Shown: piece after piece, positions 57,701 through 64,000 of the stretch
Position numbering within the stretch: position 1 is the stretch's first letter
Layout of the letters: each line of letters begins with the position of its first letter
From: Aplysia californica
Lineage: Eukaryota
NCBI RefSeq assembly: GCF_000002075.1
Contig: NW_004797434.1
Coordinates: 513,368-577,367 of the forward strand
Direction of reading: 5' to 3'
Length of the DNA: 64,000 bases
Position numbers and translations under genes: made by a program
Notes under the pieces: generated by a model
The model's input: only the letters and a program-made list of their open reading frames with translations
The model's database searches: none
Told to the model about the DNA's origin: nothing

Positions 57701-60700
57701 CTCATTGATACAATACAAAGGTTTCATTGTTTGTCAGATTTCCACGCACAGAACACAAGTGTACACAGTATGTAAGGCAACACCGATTACTACCTGCCCA
57801 TCCTTCTTTCAAGCATATACACAGAATCTCCAACCCAAACAACATCATCACAGTAACATGGCATAATTAGATAAAGCAAAAACCACAGAGCTGCATAGAA
57901 GATGAGGGGGTTGCCTATTTTATGCCTTGGTTTGGAGCTGCATGGGTGTGAAATTTTGTGTCAAGTTGTGCTTAGGCTTATGTCACACAGTACTTCTAGC
58001 CCAGGATAGGGAAAGGAGAGAAAGAGTTTGTTCGTGGTCTATACCCTGATGCAGGGTGAAAAAGAAACTGATGATGATGATGACGATGACTTATGTTCTT
58101 TCTGTTTTTTTTAATTAGGCGCACAGGTGTTGTGTACGACAGCCGTCTCTCCTCGCACTTCAGTGCTTGGAATAAAGACTTCACAGAAAAGCCGCAAAGA
58201 AATACCAAGTGTATCGAAAGATGTACCGAACTTGGCCTTCTGAAAAGATGCCTTCACGTCCCTGTGAGTTGGAAGATTGTTTTATATTTTCTTGAATATA
58301 GTTACATATTAATGTCATACTGGACACATTGTTAGCTGTTTCAGTCGTGGAGCCCTTGACCTCCCTTTTAGAAACTTGGACTGAAAGGAAATATTCCTGT
58401 AAAACAAAACAAAATTGTAGGATCCCTACCTGGTACTCCTTTAAGTCGGTCAAGTTTCTTAATGCACTGGGCTGCATAGGCTGGCTTTATGCTTGATATT
58501 GTTAAAACATTTGTGAGGTATGCTGACAAAATGAGTTACTTCTTGCGATCCAAGAGCAGAGATATCAGCTGAGGTCTAGATTTATAGATTTTCAATTGTT
58601 GCCATTTTTTTCAAGTCTACTGTGTCTTTTATTATTGCATATTTACAAATTATACACACTACACCTAAAAAGTTTATGTATCAATTTCCATAAGGCTAAA
58701 ATCCGAGAAGTAACTCATTTAATTTTATCAGCACACCTCACATTTGCATATATTATTTTATGTGGTGATTGCTTATCTTCATCTATAGTTGGTACTACCT
58801 ACTCTCGCGTGTGATGTTATTGTCAGTGTGCCATATTTACTTGATGAAATCTAGTGTACTTTTTTCTGTTCGTTTTTCATCCGCGACTGGAAATACAATT
58901 TCATTTTATGGTTTGTAATCTGTTCACTCTTCAACAGAAGTGAAAATAGTTTATGAAGGACTATTATTATGCTGGTGGTTCAAAAAGGTTTGATGCGGTT
59001 GAAATAAATTTCATGTTTGTAAATACATTTTTGTGCAGGTGCGTGAGGCCACTGAGGCTGAGATGATGTTGTGTCACACACGTCAACATATAGAACTGCT
59101 GAGAATGACAGAGTCCATGAATGGGGAGGAGCTGAAAGCTATTTCCCAGAAATATGATTTTATTTATTTTCATCAAGTGAGTGTGACATAAAGAATTTAT
59201 TTGACACCAAATAAGTAGTTTGAGTTGGGTTGGGTTTTTTTGTGTTTTTTTTGGGGGGGGTCCACCATTTAGCAGGGGCATTCAATGTGACACATACATG
59301 TTGAACAGTGAGAGTGACTCAATTTCTGTTCAACCAGATGAACCCTGACCTCCTGAGCCCAAAATAATCTGCCTCCTGAGAAAAAAACATGGCTACACAC
59401 ACCATGAACGCCGCATACCTTTTTCATTCGAACCACTTCTCTCTTCCCCTGTACAATAGTTACCATGAACTGACAAGTTTTTTTCACATCATTTTTCCCC
59501 TTTTTGTCCTTGTGCAGACTAGCACACACCGATATAGGGGCAAATAACTCGCACACCAATATATCAGGGTCACGGATTCATTGAGTGAAGAGGGATTAAT
59601 ACTTAACTGTGCCTTTGAGCACTAAAGAACACAGGGGAAGTGTACTTTGAAAACTTAGAACCAAGAATGTAAATAACTTGGCTGTTTGTTTATGCAAAAA
59701 TGTTAGTTATCTTTTTCTGTTTGACTTGACCTGCAAAATCGTTTTCGATGAAACAATAGTTGTGACTTTTTTGTGTTGATGATTCATTTACTCTGACCAG
59801 TTGCTTTCATTCACATTCCTCTGCAGAAATCCTTTGAAAATGCAAAGCTGTCACTTGGAGGGGTCATTGATTTGGTTGATAAAGTTGTTTCTGAGCAAGT
59901 AAGTGTACTTTGTTGCTTTGCTGTATGTGAACCATGCTGAGGAAAGAAGTTATACAACATCTCAAATGTTAACCCTATAAACATAGATAAGTCAAATTTA
60001 TAGGTTGTGTTTATTCAATTTATTAGTATGAAAGGATTAAAGATATTAAAAACTTTAAGAAAATGGCATCAGTTGAAAATCTACTAATTTGTTTTTGGGT
60101 TTTATTTTTGGCAGATATCTCCTTTCGTGGATTGCGAGGGGTAACTCATTTTGTCAGGTCGCCTATCATATTGTTTGCATTTTAATCCGAAATACTCATG
60201 ATTTGATTTTTATCACTTCATAAAGGACTTTTACTCCATTTTATTTCAAGATGTTAATTCCACTGGATAATTTTGTATGAATACTTGTATATGTTTCAGG
60301 TGCGGAATGGGATGGCAATAGTGCGACCCCCTGGCCATCATGCCATGAAAGAGGAGTACTGCGGCTATTGCTATCTGAGCAATGCAGCCATCGCTGCAAA
60401 AAGTGCACTGGAGAAGTACAATTTGAAAAGGTAATGCCTAGTTCGGAAAGTGCCTCCCCTTTACCTTGGTGGTTCCCGAATATTGTCGTCACACTTCTAC
60501 TCCCTTCATTCTCTGCTTTACAAGGTACACTTAAATTATGCTTCAGCATACCCACATACTCCTGTAGATCAAAGAAATCTCATCAGAACCAGGAAGATTG
60601 CTCGATAAGGATAGATATGTTTGAGTAAGAGTGACTAGGATGAATGCGTGGAGTGGGAAGATCTTATATAAAACTGAAATAGCAAACGATGGGCTTCAAT

Positions 60701-63700
60701 ATAATTTGATAAATGTGAGTTGGAAGAATACATTAAGCGAGAAGATTTGAGTTCACATTGTAGTTCTGTAATAAGTTAGTTGAACTTCTATAAGGGTAGG
60801 GTGTGTAAGCAATATCTAACTATAATGTTATTAGTTAATGAAGAAGGACAGGCTATGAGTTTTGGAAGAAGTTGAGCATATTTTGTATTGAAAAGTACTC
60901 AATGTTTTTTTGGGGGGAGCGACAGCCTGTACATTTCTTCCACATGCAGCACCAGGCTTTATATCAATGTCTTCCTTCTTTTTCCCCCCTGCTATTTCAT
61001 GTTCTGAGGTGCTTTCTGCATTTTTACAAGATTTCAGTCGTGTTGAATTCCACATCAAAAGATACCAATATAAGATATTTAACAAAAGATATGTGTAGTA
61101 TATAAACTAGTTGCTCTTGTATCATTTTACTTGTGTTCACTTTATGAAGTATAATAAGTTGCATGTTTGGGGTCTAATTTTGTCTTATTTGATCCTGGTA
61201 CCCCCACTGAATGGATAAAAGAGGAAATTGACGTTCAAAGCTTTCTGGTGAAGTGGTTTTTGAGAAAAAGCTCCTGACAGTTTTATCCACTACTTACTAA
61301 GAAAGAAAAAGATATGGAATTTGCGGAAATTAACATTCTCTGCTGCCTCCATGTTCCGAGTACTTGTCTTCTCTTTTCTGTAATCTATTGCCATTGATGT
61401 CGTACTTTTTAATTGGCGTCGATAGACTAGTGGTTAGGCTACCAGACCTGTTATCATGAGATTGCAGGTTCGGAAGTTCGAGCCTCAGCTCGGTCCAACG
61501 TTGTGTCCTTGGAAAAGACACTTTACAAGAATTTCCCATTTAGCTCGGTCCTTGTGGAGATGAAGATTTAACTGGGATGTCTCACCTCTTAAATAACCTA
61601 ATAGTGTTGATAGGGGAATTAAGCTTATACCATTCCACCATTTTCATATATGTTACTTTTTTTTCTTTTTTAATCTTCTGTAGGATTCTCATCTTGGACT
61701 GGGATGTGCATCATGGTCAGGGGACGCAATTTGCCTTCTATGATGACCCAAGGTAGGTGTCTGAACTCCCATCTAATTTTCACAGTCGTTAGTTTGAACA
61801 CTGTTTCAGGTCGAAATAACAGTTAATGCAAGAAAAGAAAAGTTATAGAGTAAAGATAGTGGTTTATTCATCCTGGTGCTTTGTCAAAATTTTAAAAATG
61901 TTTTTCACGATTTCATAATGATTTTGGTCCACTTTAGTGAGTTTGGTAGATCTAGAATTTTGTCAGAATAAATGGACCTCTCTAAAGTACAGGAGACATT
62001 GTCTTGTTCAGTAAGTTATTGCTGCCTGAATAGATTTGAAAAGAAGTGAAAGGCTCATGAGCAGCAGCACTTTTAAACATCATTTGGTAATCCAATGACT
62101 ATTGTGGAAGTTAAATGATAAAATAATTGTTGAAGTTTTGAAAAATTGAAAATATGTTTTTATTGTAAGAAATTAAATGAAAGAATTAATTAATGTTGAA
62201 GTCTAAAATTGGCATTTCAGTTCTCAACACTCTGCTCCTGCCATGTCCTTCTGTCAGTGATGGACTGCAAGACCCTTCGGTCTTTTTCAGTTGATAATGC
62301 GAATGTTTGAATGGTAACCAAGAGACGCAAATATTAGTATAAAAGATTGACCTTTATGTTATTTTTACAATGATGTGGAAAATATTTTGGATTGTTACAA
62401 TAATGTGGGAAATATCTTGGTATTTCCTCAAAATCTACTTTATGAACATTAAATTTGTTGTATGCAAAGGACTGTGAAACAACAAAACAAAAAACTACAC
62501 CCACCCCCCTCTTTTTTCTTCCAGGGTATTGTTTGTGAGCATCCACCGTTACGAGCTGGGCTCTGAGTGGCCACATCTTCGGGAGTCGGACTATGATTTT
62601 ATAGGGGAGGGGCCGGGCAAGGGTTACACCATCAATATCCCCCTCAATGAGGTGAGTTGGCGAAATTTTTATTTACTCTTAGCAAACAACCAGCCAGGTC
62701 AGCTGGCTCACAGCATCTCTCGGTTGTTTACAGTCATTGCAAAAAAAAAATATATATATACTAAACCTCAACAAATTCATCTTTCTCTCTATAATCAGAT
62801 TGTATGTTAACTGCTTTGGTCACTCATTTCCACTCAGTCTGGTGCAAATAGATTAAATGGAAGTGAAGTTATAGAGAAGTTTGTGTTGCCGAAAACGTGG
62901 ATGTTATAATTAGCTGCGTTGAAAAGAGGAATATCCTTCCATATACTAAGAGTCAAGCTATGACAAATTTTTACAAGGTCTAGAACTTGATGCATGTTAT
63001 TTAATTCTGCTGTCCGAAGGCAGAGGGAAGTGTCTGATTAAATAAAGTATTTTTGATACATTGTTTGATTGGTTTGTTACACTAGTTTTGCCCTTGTCTT
63101 TTTTTAATCAAAGGCAAGGCAATGTATAATAATGATAATAATAATGAATGAATTAATATCGCGCCAGAATCCACAAAAAGTGTTTGATGGCACTTACAAA
63201 ACACACACCCACACACACACGCAAAAGCTGTAAAGCTCAGTACCACTATGACTGACAGATGTTTCAGATGTAGAGTTCCAGCATTATAAATATACTTTCC
63301 TGAAAAACATTGTCTTCAACTTTGATTTAAATTGATCAATTGAAAGAGATATTTTAACATCTAAATCCAAATTGTTCTGAAGTTTTGGGGCACAGATGGA
63401 AAAGACCCTTTCACCCAACATTGTTCTGGACCTAGGCATGCAGAGCTGATGGTCATTTGAAGATCTTAAATTATGAGATGGTGCATACATTTCCATAAGT
63501 TCTGTAAGTTAATTTGGTGAGCACTGATGTAAAGATCTATAAACCATGCACAAAATTTTTAATTCAGTGTATGATAGTTCTCAAAGTGGTAAAGCTACAT
63601 AAATGCATGGATAGTTTGGTGAATTATCGTTTTGATTTGTGTGCCTGTTGTTGTTTTTTTTCAGACTGGCTGTGGTAACAGTGATTATTTATCTATATTT

Positions 63701-63730
63701 TTCAACCTGCTTTTACCAGTGTTTTATGAG
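54655..63730 (+). CDS. HDAC6: Class IIb histone deacetylase (HDAC6/HDAC10-like), 5' partial spliced gene; first catalytic domain
   Basis: 8 phase-consistent exons encode [43 protein letters not shown] and [10 protein letters not shown]. The best recalled match is HDAC6 catalytic domain 1, and the HDAC10 PExE insert is absent. Orthology (HDAC6 vs HDAC10 vs paralogue) is not resolved. The gene runs off the window. Confidence 0.9.
54814..55084. mobile_element. TIR element with internal telomere-like (TAACCC)n tract; candidate Merlin-type MITE
   Basis: Ends ggaaggacttc...gtaacaagcgac and gtcgcttgttacggaagtcctcc. 9-bp TSD caatt(t/a)ttg. Confidence 0.7.
56013..56733 (+). mobile_element. Internally deleted piggyBac-like element
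   Basis: ttaa-ccctct ... agaggg-ttaa, with a decayed acidic reading frame ([23 protein letters not shown]...GW). Confidence 0.6.
58119..58263 (+). CDS. HDAC6: HDAC exon ([27 protein letters not shown]...[11 protein letters not shown])
   Basis: ttaattag acceptor, gtgagt donor, 145 nt. Confidence 0.92.
59039..59176 (+). CDS. HDAC6: HDAC exon ([13 protein letters not shown]...KYDFIYFHQ)
   Basis: gtgcag acceptor, gtgagt donor, 138 nt. Confidence 0.93.
59827..59898 (+). CDS. HDAC6: HDAC exon ([24 protein letters not shown])
   Basis: ctgcag acceptor, gtaagt donor, 72 nt. Confidence 0.93.
60300..60430 (+). CDS. HDAC6: HDAC exon ([43 protein letters not shown])
   Basis: tttcag acceptor, gtaatg donor, 131 nt. 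Contains the catalytic HH dyad. Confidence 0.96.
61415..61642 (+). mobile_element. tRNA/CORE-type SINE family E; second copy ~19240-19990 (-), split by a younger SINE
   Basis: gtggttaggctaccaga...gttgtgtccttggaaaagacactt...cctcttaaataacctaatagtgttgataggg. Confidence 0.75.
61684..61752 (+). CDS. HDAC6: HDAC exon ([22 protein letters not shown])
   Basis: ctgtag acceptor, gtaggt donor, 69 nt. Zn-binding DVH motif. Confidence 0.96.
62525..62651 (+). CDS. HDAC6: HDAC exon ([42 protein letters not shown])
   Basis: ttccag acceptor, gtgagt donor, 127 nt. Confidence 0.96.
63125..63560 (-). mobile_element. L2-clade LINE 3' fragment
   Basis: [10 protein letters not shown]...[30 protein letters not shown] is a typical L2/CR1 ORF2 C-terminus, followed by a (TAT)n tail. 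Confidence 0.85.
63665..63730 (+). CDS. HDAC6: HDAC exon ([22 protein letters not shown])
   Basis: tttcag acceptor, gtaagt donor, 66 nt. Confidence 0.94.
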
Positions 63731-64000
63731 GTAAGTTGTCATTTCTACAAGTTTCATGACTGGTTGAATGAGTAAGGATTGCAAGTCATGTAATCCATCT
63801 ATAGCATGTTTTGCATTTTCACTGTTAAAATGTTTTTGCGGAGAAATGTTTGTCACAATGGAATGGTGCATTGTTTTGACTAACGTTCTTAAATCTTAGT
63901 ATTCCAAATGGATTCCAGTGTCTGAAAGAACTTTTGCCTCAAAAGTGATGTAAAATTCAGAGAATGTTAAAAGAAAAATAATACTTTTTGGTGATCTTGT

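Overview
This is AT-rich, intron-rich animal genomic DNA, probably an invertebrate. A lophotrochozoan or mollusc is my inference from repeat style only. The assembly has six N gaps, and almost all ORFs in the supplied track are spurious. Reading splice sites by hand gives two head-to-head protein-coding genes. (1) A GSAP/pigeon orthologue on the minus strand: ATG at 53955, TAA ending at 11755, 29 visible GT-AG exons and about 1000 aa. One further 3n+1 exon is predicted inside the gap at 32895-33380. (2) The 5' part of a class IIb histone deacetylase (HDAC6/HDAC10-like) on the plus strand: ATG at 54655 and 8 coding exons up to 63730, continuing beyond the window. The remainder is a degenerate ~175-bp satellite (530-2770), microsatellites and many short mobile elements: tRNA-headed SINEs, LINE 3' fragments, TTAA- and TA-flanked MITEs and a Merlin transposase relic. 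The most unusual signal is a set of unrelated short retroelements that share one 3' stem-loop with compensatory base changes. One of them, a headless fixed-length ~175-bp family, sits repeatedly in sense orientation just upstream of GSAP 3' splice sites. At exon 8, a retroelement tail makes up nearly the whole acceptor region. There is also a dead duplicated GSAP exon. All family assignments rest on recalled sequences; no searches were run.
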